A stretch of 62,609 nt of DNA, the filler included. It is 3 parts of 3 records of this genome, joined end to end, with 100 filler letters (N's around TTAATTAATTAA, not from the genome) between each part and the next. Parts side by side here need not be neighbours in the genome. Positions count along the whole stretch, not along the records: positions 1 to 22,124 come from SRR20825006_2543; positions 22,225 to 39,336 come from SRR20825006_2545; 1 more part is not named here. One strand, given 5' to 3'. A model generated the notes under the pieces. It ran no database searches. It saw nothing but the letters and a program-made list of their open reading frames with translations, and was not told where the DNA came from. The position numbers and the translations under genes were made by a program. This document shows positions 19,773 through 28,951 of this stretch, in pieces; position 1 is the first letter of the stretch; each line of letters begins with the position of its first letter.

Positions 19773-20303
19773 ATGGTCATTTACAAACAAGCGGACTCTT
19801 TGAAGGAACTGGAACAGATTCTAGAACTTCAGCAGCGAAATTTACCCAAAACCATAAGCGAAGACGAAAGCGCAAAAGAGGGTTTCGTGACCGTGGAACA
19901 CACCCTGAACCTACTAAAATCCATGAACGATGTGTGTGGACACATCATTGCAGTGGATGATGGTCAAGTTGTGGGCTATGCCCTGTGCATGCATCCCCAA
20001 TTTGCCAACGATATTGAGGTACTTCGCCCTATGTTCCAAGAAATCGATAAAACTATTAAAGGGCAGGTCAACTATATGGCCATGGGACAAATTTGCGTGG
20101 CCAAAAGCCATCGGGGGCAAGGTGTTTTCCGAAAATTGTATCAAACCATGCAAGAGAAACTGCCCGAGGGTTTTGATACCATTATCACTGAAGTGGATGG
20201 GAAAAACAAACGGTCTTTGGCGGCACATACGGCGATTGGGTTCCAAGAATTAAAGAGATACTATGCCTTGGATAAAGAGTGGGTCATTATCATTTTACAG
20301 TAA
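19773..20303 (+). CDS. GNAT family acetyltransferase
   Basis: ICVAKSHRGQGVF acetyl-CoA motif A; N.RSL.AH..IGF. Confidence 0.9.
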   Translation: MVIYKQADSLKELEQILELQQRNLPKTISEDESAKEGFVTVEHTLNLLKSMNDVCGHIIAVDDGQVVGYALCMHPQFANDIEVLRPMFQEIDKTIKGQVNYMAMGQICVAKSHRGQGVFRKLYQTMQEKLPEGFDTIITEVDGKNKRSLAAHTAIGFQELKRYYALDKEWVIIILQ

Positions 20304-20359
20304 ACATTATTGTTTTTCGATAATTAAACGTATATTTGTTATCGTTAAACGATAATTCT

Positions 20360-20899
20360 ATGAAAAAATCAATTACCTATTTAAAGTACATCGTTAACTT
20401 TTTGCTAATTGCTCTAGCGCTGGACATTATATCAAAGGGATTAAAGTTTCCGTTGATTATTTTGTCCACCTTCGATTTGATACATGAAAACCCTACCACA
20501 GATTTCAGTAGTACTGACACTGTCCTACTGACTATCAATTTCATCTTGTTGATTTATATGGGCTGGTTACTTTTGAAGCTCAGAAAAACAGTTTATGGTT
20601 CTGAATCAAAATCACTCTTTTCAAAAGAAAATAAATCTATTTTTAAAAAAGTTGGTGTGGGTATCATATACTACTCCATCGCTATTTTTATAATCAGGGC
20701 ACTGGAACTTTACTCTGATGAGATAGGAATTAACGATGATTCAAGCGCATACAGTTTTGGCTACAATTTAGGGTACCATTTAGGGGAGCTTATCGGGAGT
20801 AGAATACCTCTTCTGGTAATAGGGATATTTATTTTGATTTTAGCAGACCTCATTCAAGATGGCTACGAAATAAAACAAGAAAACGACCTTACTATCTAA
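20360..20899 (+). CDS. DUF2975 membrane protein
   Basis: Four TM helices, C-terminal G..IKQENDLTI; paired with HTH gene. Confidence 0.88.
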   Translation: MKKSITYLKYIVNFLLIALALDIISKGLKFPLIILSTFDLIHENPTTDFSSTDTVLLTINFILLIYMGWLLLKLRKTVYGSESKSLFSKENKSIFKKVGVGIIYYSIAIFIIRALELYSDEIGINDDSSAYSFGYNLGYHLGELIGSRIPLLVIGIFILILADLIQDGYEIKQENDLTI

Positions 20900-20901
20900 A
20901 C

Positions 20902-21111
20902 ATGGCTATTTTAATCAACTTGGATGTCATACTTGCGAAACGTGAGATGAAAAGCAATGAACTCGCAGAGAAAATCGGTATTACAACAGCCAATTTATCC
21001 ATACTGAAAACAGGAAAAGCCAAAGCAATTCGATTTTCAACTTTAGAGGCCATTTGTGAAGCCTTGGATTGTCAACCTGGCGACATATTGGAATACTCGG
21101 AAGAAAACTAA
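20902..21111 (+). CDS. Xre/YozG-like HTH regulator
   Basis: ELAEKIGIT.ANLSILKTGKAKAIRFSTL..IC..L.CQPGDIL. Confidence 0.95.
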   Translation: MAILINLDVILAKREMKSNELAEKIGITTANLSILKTGKAKAIRFSTLEAICEALDCQPGDILEYSEEN

Positions 21112-21141
21112 AAAAAGCCGCTCTATTGGAGCGGCTTTTTT
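21111..21141. terminator. Bidirectional intrinsic terminator
   Basis: AAAAAAGCCGCTC-TATTG-GAGCGGCTTTTTT between convergent genes. Confidence 0.88.
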
Positions 21142-21165
21142 ATTGTGAATCGATTCTCATTTACC

Positions 21166-21444
21166 CTAGTCGGCCAAAACAATCACTTTGTTGTCTTTCA
21201 TTTCGACCGTGCCACTTGAAATGTTCAAGATAGTTTCTCCATTGTTTCCTTTGGAAAATTTATCCGCAAAGGCTTCGTCAATGGTGATATTACCTTTCAC
21301 TTTTACTTTTCCAGCCTGTAAAAGAGACACGATTGCTGCGTGGTTCTCCAGCATCTGGAATTCCCCATCCATTCCGGGTACGGTAACCGAGGTTACCTCG
21401 CCTGAGAATAAAGTAGCTTCGGGTGATACTATTTCTAAATACAT
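21166..21444 (-). CDS. atpC: ATP synthase epsilon subunit (short Bacteroidetes form)
   Basis: LEIVSPE..LFSGEV..VTVPG.DGEFQML.NHA; follows atpD. Confidence 0.95.
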   Translation of the reverse strand: MYLEIVSPEATLFSGEVTSVTVPGMDGEFQMLENHAAIVSLLQAGKVKVKGNITIDEAFADKFSKGNNGETILNISSGTVEMKDNKVIVLAD

Positions 21445-21451
21445 GTTTCTT

Positions 21452-21510
21452 AGTATTGAGATGTGAGGTATAAGTATTGAGATATCTAAATACTCAATAC
21501 TTATATCTCA
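21452..21510. repeat. Heptamer-periodic palindrome between atpD and atpC
   Basis: AGTATTG AGATGTG AGGTATA AGTATTG AGATATC; 18-bp inverted repeat 21464-21510 with one mismatch. Confidence 0.7.
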
Positions 21511-21520
21511 ATTCTTTGTT

Positions 21521-22124
<604 letters not shown>

Positions 22125-22224
22125 NNNNNNNNNNNNNNNNNNNNNNNNNNNNNNNNNNNNNNNNNNNNTTAATTAATTAANNNNNNNNNNNNNNNNNNNN
22201 NNNNNNNNNNNNNNNNNNNNNNNN
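22125..22224. other. Artificial contig-joining spacer
   Basis: N-run + TTAATTAATTAA (stops in all frames) + N-run; genes truncated on both sides. Confidence 0.99.
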
Positions 22225-22590
22225 TTAAATGATGACCCTACAAATACAAGTGTGACTAAAGTTCTTGGCGCTAAAGACGAAAAAGAAAATTTAGAAACTA
22301 AAGATCTTTATAATCCTATGATGGATTTGTTTAAGCAAGGTATTGGTACTTTAGCCTATAGAGATGGTTGGAATTTATTTGACCAAATGATTATGTCTAA
22401 GCCATTATTAGATGAAGATTTTTCTTCTTACAGGTTTTACAAAGTGGGAATTTATAATAAAAACTACTTAGCTAATCCAAGAGGACGTTACAAAGGTTAT
22501 CCTTTTAGAAGTTGGAGCGATGGTGGTTTTACAAACGGATTTAGTGACCACTTTCCGGTTTATGTTTACTTGATTAAAGAAGTAAACTAA
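22225..22590 (+). CDS. Endonuclease/exonuclease/phosphatase family protein (3' part)
   Basis: LNDDP, WNLFDQ, GFSDHFPV motifs. Confidence 0.9.
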   Translation, partial: LNDDPTNTSVTKVLGAKDEKENLETKDLYNPMMDLFKQGIGTLAYRDGWNLFDQMIMSKPLLDEDFSSYRFYKVGIYNKNYLANPRGRYKGYPFRSWSDGGFTNGFSDHFPVYVYLIKEVN

Positions 22591-22605
22591 AGAATAAACT
22601 CAAAT

Positions 22606-22643
22606 AAAAAAGCCCTTTTGATGTATTTCAAAAGGGCTTTTTT
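22606..22643. terminator. Bidirectional terminator
   Basis: AAAAAAGCCCTTTTGA-TGTATT-TCAAAAGGGCTTTTTT. Confidence 0.88.
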
Positions 22644-22665
22644 AATAATATAATTAATTAACAGA

Positions 22666-24039
22666 TTAAGATTTTAGCAATGTATCAAGCTTTGTTCTTA
22701 ATTCTGGATTAGAAGGTCTAGGTGCATCTGCAGATACAATATGACCTTTCTTATCTATCAAGATAAATCTTGGGATACCTTGAATACCATAATCCTGAAC
22801 AAACTTAGATTCCCAATTGTTATCTGCAAATAATTGTATGCCTTGTAAGTCTTTTTCTTCAATCATTGCCTTCCATTTTTGTTTGTCCTTTTCATTATCT
22901 ATTGAGATACTAACAAACTTAACTGGTTGCCCATGATAGTCTTTTTCAACTTGCTTTAATGATGGTATTTCTGCGATACAAGGTCCGCACCAAGTTGCCC
23001 AAACATCTATATAAACATAATTACCGCTTAAGTCTTTTAAACTTGTAGTTGAGCCATCTATATTTTCAAAACTAAACTCTGGTGATATTTTACCAGGAGT
23101 AATATCCTTTAAAACATTATAGCGCTTGTTAACCTTTTCTAGGTTTTCTTTAGTAGGATTTGTGCTAATATACGTTGAATAAATTTTCTCTAAATGCTCA
23201 TCTGGTCTTAAACCATAACCGCTTAGATAATTGGTAAGTACATTGTCTTTAATAGTACCATTAGCATATTCATCATTAACTGTTTCAACAAAAGTAACAC
23301 TGTAGTTTGCTGTGCTATCTTCTTCTTGTTTTTTAGAAATAATGGTGTTTAAATGAGTAGCCACTAACCCTCTGTAAACTTCTGAGTTTTTATATGCAAG
23401 AGTATCCTTGTAATTTAAATCTTTTACTGAGCTATAAAACCCTTCCGAAACTTTAAATGAATCATTTTTAGTCGCGTATTTATGATAGGTTTCATAATTT
23501 AAAATATTACCTGCTTCTGCGTATCTTATATCGTCTTTTTCTAACTCAAGAAATGCAGTGTTTGTAACATTGTTTGCACTTAAGATGCTGTCATAACTTT
23601 TGCTGGAGCTTGATAGTGCATTCTTAAATTGAGCTTCTTCTTTAGCGTAAAGAGATTGCATGTCTCTATTGGCTTCATTATAAAGATATTTAGCAGCCAG
23701 ATAATTATTTTCATTTGCAAGATCTCCGCTATAATTTATAGTTTCATCAAACTCATCTGTATTTACAGTTACATTTAAGGTTTTTCCTTTTTCAAGGTAT
23801 ATTGTTGTGCGCTCTCTTCCTGCAAAAAAGTAATAGTAACCATTTGCTGAAATGTTTAAGGTATCCTTAAAATTACCTTCTTTATCAACCTTTAGTTCGT
23901 AAGCTTCTCCATGACCATTAACGGCAACGATATCTTTAGAGTTGTTTGTTAGTGTACCACTTACTATTGAATGTTGTTTATTTTCTGTAGCACAGGATAC
24001 AATTACAATTGCTACTAAACTTAAGATGAAATACTTCAT
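22666..24039 (-). CDS. TlpA-like thiol-disulfide oxidoreductase lipoprotein
   Basis: Lipobox IVSC after MKYF; YIDVWATWCGPC, GIPRFILID. Confidence 0.92.
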   Translation of the reverse strand: MKYFILSLVAIVIVSCATENKQHSIVSGTLTNNSKDIVAVNGHGEAYELKVDKEGNFKDTLNISANGYYYFFAGRERTTIYLEKGKTLNVTVNTDEFDETINYSGDLANENNYLAAKYLYNEANRDMQSLYAKEEAQFKNALSSSSKSYDSILSANNVTNTAFLELEKDDIRYAEAGNILNYETYHKYATKNDSFKVSEGFYSSVKDLNYKDTLAYKNSEVYRGLVATHLNTIISKKQEEDSTANYSVTFVETVNDEYANGTIKDNVLTNYLSGYGLRPDEHLEKIYSTYISTNPTKENLEKVNKRYNVLKDITPGKISPEFSFENIDGSTTSLKDLSGNYVYIDVWATWCGPCIAEIPSLKQVEKDYHGQPVKFVSISIDNEKDKQKWKAMIEEKDLQGIQLFADNNWESKFVQDYGIQGIPRFILIDKKGHIVSADAPRPSNPELRTKLDTLLKS

Positions 24040-24050
24040 AAATGGATTAA

Positions 24051-24494
24051 TTAAAATGTTAACCAAGAACTCCAAGGAATTCGAGAAAGTAATAGAATAA
24101 GTGCTAACGTATAGAATATAGCTAACATCTTTAATTTTGGCGTGCTGGTAAGCTTTTTCTTATGTTTAGAATAACCAACTGTAATAAAAACAACAGTGAG
24201 TATCATTACTAATGGATGTTCGAGATTGTACAATCTTAGATCTGAGTTTTTCATAATTGTTGAAACCTCTGTATCGCTATCAAACCACCTTACTTTATCA
24301 CTAACAAAGAATAAAACAAAGCCAATTAAAAACTGAATATGCGTTACAATTAAAGCAAATAATGCGAGTCTAAAATCTCGTGGTACAAATTCTCGTTTTG
24401 TAACGTAACCTATTACTGCATTTATAGTGGCAACAGTTACCACAATTACGACTAGATATGCCCAATAGGAATGAATAAATTTAATGATTTCCAT
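24051..24494 (-). CDS. Conserved four-TM membrane protein with His residues (cytochrome b-like)
   Basis: HSYWAY, HIQFLIG, EHP..M, RIPW. Confidence 0.75.
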   Translation of the reverse strand: MEIIKFIHSYWAYLVVIVVTVATINAVIGYVTKREFVPRDFRLALFALIVTHIQFLIGFVLFFVSDKVRWFDSDTEVSTIMKNSDLRLYNLEHPLVMILTVVFITVGYSKHKKKLTSTPKLKMLAIFYTLALILLLSRIPWSSWLTF

Positions 24495-24507
24495 AAGTTC
24501 TGGTTGG

Positions 24508-25761
24508 TTATAGTTTTGCTATGATGTTTGTGTTCTCTTCTTTAAATTCTAATGCATCTAAACGGCGTTTTAAGTCGTCTATATGCATAAAATATTCTGT
24601 TCTTAATGCTTCCTCTAAAGGCTCTGCACTAGGTAAGTCTTGTTTTAAAGGATCTACTTGTACGCCATTTTTCCAGAAACGGTAACAAACATGAGGTCCG
24701 CCAGTATTTCCGGTCATACCTACCCAACCTATAACATCTCCTTGTTTTACATATTGACCAACGTTAACTTTACGTTTTTTCATGTGTAAATACTGGGTTT
24801 CATATGTAGAGTTGTGCCTTAATTTTACATAGTTTCCATTTCCGCCTCTATATTCAGACTTGGTTACTACGCCATCTGCTGTAGCTAAAATAGGAGTGCC
24901 AACACTTGCTGCATAATCTGTACCTCTATGAGGCCTTAGTTTATACCCGTAATATTTAATTCGCCTTTTTAAATTGAATCTTGAAGAAATCCTACTAAAC
25001 TGCACAGGTGCTTTTAGGAAAGCACGTCTTAGGTTATTGGCCTCTTCATCATAATATTCGCGCTGACCAATAATTGAGTCATGTTTAAAATTAAACGCAT
25101 AAAACGGTTCGCCTCTATGCTCAAAATATACAGCTTTAACGCTTCCTAATTCGGCATATATAGTGTCATTTATATACTTTTCTTCATAAATAACTTTAAA
25201 TCTATCGCCTTCTTGTAATCTTAAGAAATCTATAGTCCAAGCATACACATCTGCCATTTTGTAAGCAAGCACAACACTTAGGCCGCTATCTTCCATAGTT
25301 TTTGATAGCGAACTGTTTATGATGCCTGTAGCTTCTTTTTCTACTACCGTTAATTTTTTTTGACCCTTATACGCGCCAATACTATCTGAAAAATTAACAA
25401 CGGTATAATCTACCTTGTCATTTTCATATATAAAAGCTTGTGCTGTTTGGGAGGTGTCTTTAGATTTTAATATAGCATAAGGTCTTCCTATACCTATTCG
25501 AGCTGGATTAAATGTTTCTTTTACAGAGTTTGTAATGTTAAACACTGTTTGGGCAGGAACGCCATGCGCGTCTAATATAGTACCAAAAGTGTCACCAGAT
25601 TTTACGGTATCTCTTACAAATTCATACTCTTCTGTATTAAAGCCATATTCCTTAACAATTGGTTTTGGAGCAATGGCCAATGGTTCTGTTTCAGGTTTAG
25701 GCTCGTTTCCGCAAGAGCTTAAAATTAAAATTAATGCGATAAGTGATAAGAGGTGTTTCAA
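24508..25761 (-). CDS. M23 family peptidoglycan DD-endopeptidase lipoprotein
   Basis: H.GTDYAA..GTPI, YLHM, GPHVCY; TTG start overlaps the kynA stop. Confidence 0.93.
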   Translation of the reverse strand: MKHLLSLIALILILSSCGNEPKPETEPLAIAPKPIVKEYGFNTEEYEFVRDTVKSGDTFGTILDAHGVPAQTVFNITNSVKETFNPARIGIGRPYAILKSKDTSQTAQAFIYENDKVDYTVVNFSDSIGAYKGQKKLTVVEKEATGIINSSLSKTMEDSGLSVVLAYKMADVYAWTIDFLRLQEGDRFKVIYEEKYINDTIYAELGSVKAVYFEHRGEPFYAFNFKHDSIIGQREYYDEEANNLRRAFLKAPVQFSRISSRFNLKRRIKYYGYKLRPHRGTDYAASVGTPILATADGVVTKSEYRGGNGNYVKLRHNSTYETQYLHMKKRKVNVGQYVKQGDVIGWVGMTGNTGGPHVCYRFWKNGVQVDPLKQDLPSAEPLEEALRTEYFMHIDDLKRRLDALEFKEENTNIIAKL

Positions 25762-26729
25762 TGCTTAATTTTTTCTGTGTTAAATAAATGTTCTACCCAT
25801 TCTTGTCCCCAATTGTCTAGCTCTTCTTCTGTCCAGAGTGACGGGAAGAATACAATCTTTTGAAAGCTTGGTGGCAAAAACTGCTTCCAATTAGTGCCTC
25901 CTGTAGCTTGTATGGCGCTGCCTTCTTTGTCTAAATACCTATAGGCTGCACCCATATGCATAAGATTCCAGTTTACATTTGCGTTTAGGTCTAAGTTTTT
26001 TAACGCTTCAATAAGTTTTTTATTTTGTTTTTCAGACTCTGGAAGCTCTTCATATTTATGAAAAATAGTTTGTCCTTTTACTTCGTTGGCAATTCTTATA
26101 AAACGAGGTGTATAACGGTACTCAAATTGTTTAAGTGTTAAGGTTTTCTCTTTTGTTTTTAAATCTGTTGCTCCACGTTTCCAATACAATTGTTCGTATA
26201 GGTTCTCAATATCTTCAGAAGTTTCTAAATCTTTTCTTAGTGAAGGGTGTACTAGGTTATTTAGTGGAGTTGCATAAACCTCGATCATTCTAAATTGTGC
26301 AGATTGAAATCCGCTTGCAGGTAATAAAGACATTCTAAACTTTAGAAACTGCTCTCGTTCCATACCACGAATCATAACATCAAAAGAATCTATTAGAATT
26401 CTGAAATATCTATTTATTCGTGTAATTTTTTCAATAAAAAACTCTGCCTTTTGGCCTTTGTCATCTATGATTTGCTTTTGCTCATGGATGATTAGCTTAA
26501 AGTAGAGTTCAGTAATTTGGTGATAGCCTATAAATATTTCTTCGTCTGGAAAATGTGTTTTAGGTATTTGTAGGCTAAGAAGTGTATCTAAATGTATGTA
26601 ATCCCAATAGGTAAGATAGCGTTCGTGCAACAAACCATCTAAATAGGAACCCATGTCTTGCCCAGAGTTCTTGAACTTTTTTTCTAATTGAATTATTTTT
26701 TTGGCAATTTCAGGGTCTATGTTACTCAT
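25758..26729 (-). CDS. kynA: Tryptophan 2,3-dioxygenase
   Basis: YWDYI.LDTLLSLQ, DE.IFI.YHQITELYFK, PASGFQSAQFR, ATGG. Confidence 0.92.
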   Translation of the reverse strand: MSNIDPEIAKKIIQLEKKFKNSGQDMGSYLDGLLHERYLTYWDYIHLDTLLSLQIPKTHFPDEEIFIGYHQITELYFKLIIHEQKQIIDDKGQKAEFFIEKITRINRYFRILIDSFDVMIRGMEREQFLKFRMSLLPASGFQSAQFRMIEVYATPLNNLVHPSLRKDLETSEDIENLYEQLYWKRGATDLKTKEKTLTLKQFEYRYTPRFIRIANEVKGQTIFHKYEELPESEKQNKKLIEALKNLDLNANVNWNLMHMGAAYRYLDKEGSAIQATGGTNWKQFLPPSFQKIVFFPSLWTEEELDNWGQEWVEHLFNTEKIKH

Positions 26730-26734
26730 ATGTT

Positions 26735-27505
26735 TTAATTAACGACAATCTGGAACGGATGTTTCAAACCTTTAAAAGCACTTAAGTCTGCTTCTAAAGA
26801 ACCTACAGCTAAGTCTGCCTCTATTTTAATAGGTAGCATATTAGGGTCGTCACTAACCCAAAATGTTAAGCTTTCTTCCTCTTTAAAAACACGACCTGCT
26901 TGTACGTAGGGCCTAAATTTAAGACATTTTATTTTTCCAAATTTGGTCTTAATAGTTTCGCGTTCCAAAAACTTAAGTTTAAACTTAAAATTTTCTTCGT
27001 CGAAAAATAGATTTAGGGTTTGCTCCTCGCCAGATGTTAGGGTTGTAGGGTCTAAATTATTGCGAAGATAATAAAATGCAGAAAGCATGTCATGCACCTT
27101 TTCTTTTGTGGTGAATGTTTTTTTAGTGTTGTACTTTTTGTTGTGTACTAAAGCAGAGTTTTTGGAGTGGTCAAAATTAATTTCAATATCCTTAGTGTGA
27201 CCGCCTTCATTTATTTTTCTAATAAATTTATAAGGTTGGCCATTGGTTTTGTCTACGTATGTTTCGTAATTATCGTCTACTTCAAAAAATAAATGCAATA
27301 ATCCGGTAGATTTTCCCTTGCCTACAATATGGTGTACAGGTGTGCCCTTATAGGTGTCTTCTTTAACCTCTAAAGTTGCCTCGCTAGCATTAAACCAACC
27401 ATAATGTATCCTAAATTGAAGCCACTCATTAGTATCGAAAGCTTTTTGCTGAGCAGTTGATACAGTTGTAGTTAGGAGTAATGTAAATGCTATTAAAGTC
27501 TTCAT
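26735..27505 (-). CDS. DUF3108 domain secreted protein
   Basis: Start at MKTLIA (signal peptide); EWL.FRIHYGW, DMLSAFYYLR, WVSDD. Confidence 0.85.
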   Translation of the reverse strand: MKTLIAFTLLLTTTVSTAQQKAFDTNEWLQFRIHYGWFNASEATLEVKEDTYKGTPVHHIVGKGKSTGLLHLFFEVDDNYETYVDKTNGQPYKFIRKINEGGHTKDIEINFDHSKNSALVHNKKYNTKKTFTTKEKVHDMLSAFYYLRNNLDPTTLTSGEEQTLNLFFDEENFKFKLKFLERETIKTKFGKIKCLKFRPYVQAGRVFKEEESLTFWVSDDPNMLPIKIEADLAVGSLEADLSAFKGLKHPFQIVVN

Positions 27506-27570
27506 GTGGTTATAAGATTTAGTGATCTTTTTAAGATGATTTACAATTACTGTTCCAAAGGTAAAAAAAG

Positions 27571-27670
27571 AAAAAAACTCCACCGTTACCGATGGAGTTT
27601 TTAATTGTATTAACCAACTAAATCTTAAATTATGAAATTCACTCCTTTCAGTAACCACTCCGAAAAAAGC
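27571..27670 (-). ncRNA. Candidate small RNA
   Basis: Upstream TTTG-N20-TACTTTTG promoter; ends in CTCCATCG-GTAA-CGGTGGAG-T7 terminator; internal CATAATTTAAGATTTAGTTGGTTA anti-initiation-like tract. Confidence 0.6.
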
Positions 27671-27674
27671 TCGG

Positions 27675-27706
27675 CAAAAGTATAAACTTAATAGATATTG
27701 AGCAAA
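27675..27706 (-). promoter_or_regulatory. Bacteroidetes sigma-A promoter (-33/-7)
   Basis: TTTG (27706-27703), 20-nt spacer, TACTTTTG (27682-27675). Confidence 0.7.
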
Positions 27707-27794
27707 TACTTTTTAACCATTAACATAATCTATTTATGATTAGCAGTCAAATATAAAACTATAAATCATATTTTCATAAAATTTCTTAAAAAAC

Positions 27795-28931
27795 TTATAA
27801 AGTTCCTCTAAGATCTTGCTCGCGTTCTATCGCTTCAAACAGCGCTTTAAAGTTTCCTTTTCCAAAAGATTGTGCTCCTTTTCGCTGTATGATTTCAAAA
27901 AACATTGTTGGTCTGTCTAGAACTGGTTTAGTGAAGATTTGCAATAAATAGCCTTCATCATCTCTATCTATTAGTATTCCTAAATCTTTTAATGGTGCAA
28001 GGTCTTCGTCAATTTCACCAACACGATCTAAAACGGTGTCATAATAAGTTTCTGGTACGTATAAGAACTCTACACCTTGATCTCTCAAGTTTGTAACAGT
28101 TTCAATAATATTATCTGTTGCTAATGCAATATGTTGTACGCCTGCGCCATTGTAAAAGTCTATATACTCTTCAATTTGAGACTTCTTCTTTCCTTCAGCA
28201 GGTTCATTAATTGGAAATTTAATCCTACCGTTTCCATTACTCATTACCTTACTCATTAACGCTGTATAATCGGTAGAAATATCTTTATCATCAAACGAAA
28301 CCATTTGTGCAAAGCCCATTACTTTTGCGTAAAACTCACACCATTTGTTCATTTCATTCCAGCCTACATTACCAACCATATGGTCTATATACTTTAGGCC
28401 TACATTATTAGTGCTGTAGTTTGGTTTGTAAGGTTTGTAACCTGGTAAAAAGACACCTTCGTAATTTTTACGCTCTACAAATACGTGAACAGTCTCTCCA
28501 TAAGTGTGTATTCCAGAAAGAACAACTTTCCCGTATTCATCTTCTACGGTGTAAGGTTCCATATATGATTGTGCTCCACGTTTAGTAGTTTCTTCGTGGC
28601 TTCTTGTGGCATCGTCTACCCAAAGTGCAACAACTTTTACACCGTCGCCGTGATCACTTATATGATCATTAATAGTACCGCCAGGCTGTAGTGAAGATGT
28701 AAGTACAAGTCTTATTTTTCCTTGCTGTAAAACATAAGAAACGCTGTCTTTGCGACCAGTTTCAAGTCCAGAATATGCTATTGGCTCAAAACCCCAAGCA
28801 GTCTGGTAATAATATGCTGCTTGTTTTGCATTACCTACGTAAAGCTCAACAAAATCTGTTCCTAATAAGGGTAGAAAATCTTCTGCGCCTTCTATTACTT
28901 TTTCTAGTTCTGGTGTTTTATTATCTATCAT
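27795..28931 (-). CDS. hppD: 4-hydroxyphenylpyruvate dioxygenase
   Basis: HGDGVK, IDHMVGNV, PINEP, GVQHIAL, LLQIFTKP, FFEIIQR.G..FGKGNF. Confidence 0.98.
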   Translation of the reverse strand: MIDNKTPELEKVIEGAEDFLPLLGTDFVELYVGNAKQAAYYYQTAWGFEPIAYSGLETGRKDSVSYVLQQGKIRLVLTSSLQPGGTINDHISDHGDGVKVVALWVDDATRSHEETTKRGAQSYMEPYTVEDEYGKVVLSGIHTYGETVHVFVERKNYEGVFLPGYKPYKPNYSTNNVGLKYIDHMVGNVGWNEMNKWCEFYAKVMGFAQMVSFDDKDISTDYTALMSKVMSNGNGRIKFPINEPAEGKKKSQIEEYIDFYNGAGVQHIALATDNIIETVTNLRDQGVEFLYVPETYYDTVLDRVGEIDEDLAPLKDLGILIDRDDEGYLLQIFTKPVLDRPTMFFEIIQRKGAQSFGKGNFKALFEAIEREQDLRGTL

Positions 28932-28951
28932 TATAAAGTCTTTTGTATTTT

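Noticed and set aside
22169-22180. TTAATTAATTAA palindrome (also 39381-39392)
   Set aside because: Synthetic all-frame stop linker inside N padding
27540-27558. Sigma-54-like TGGAAC-N5-TTGT upstream of DUF3108
   Set aside because: Lacks the -12 GC and overlaps a good sigma-A -7 element
27632-27685. 17-aa plus-strand ORF MKFTPFSNHSEKSSAKV
   Set aside because: Promoter and terminator polarity point to a minus-strand RNA; no plus-strand promoter seen. Not fully excluded
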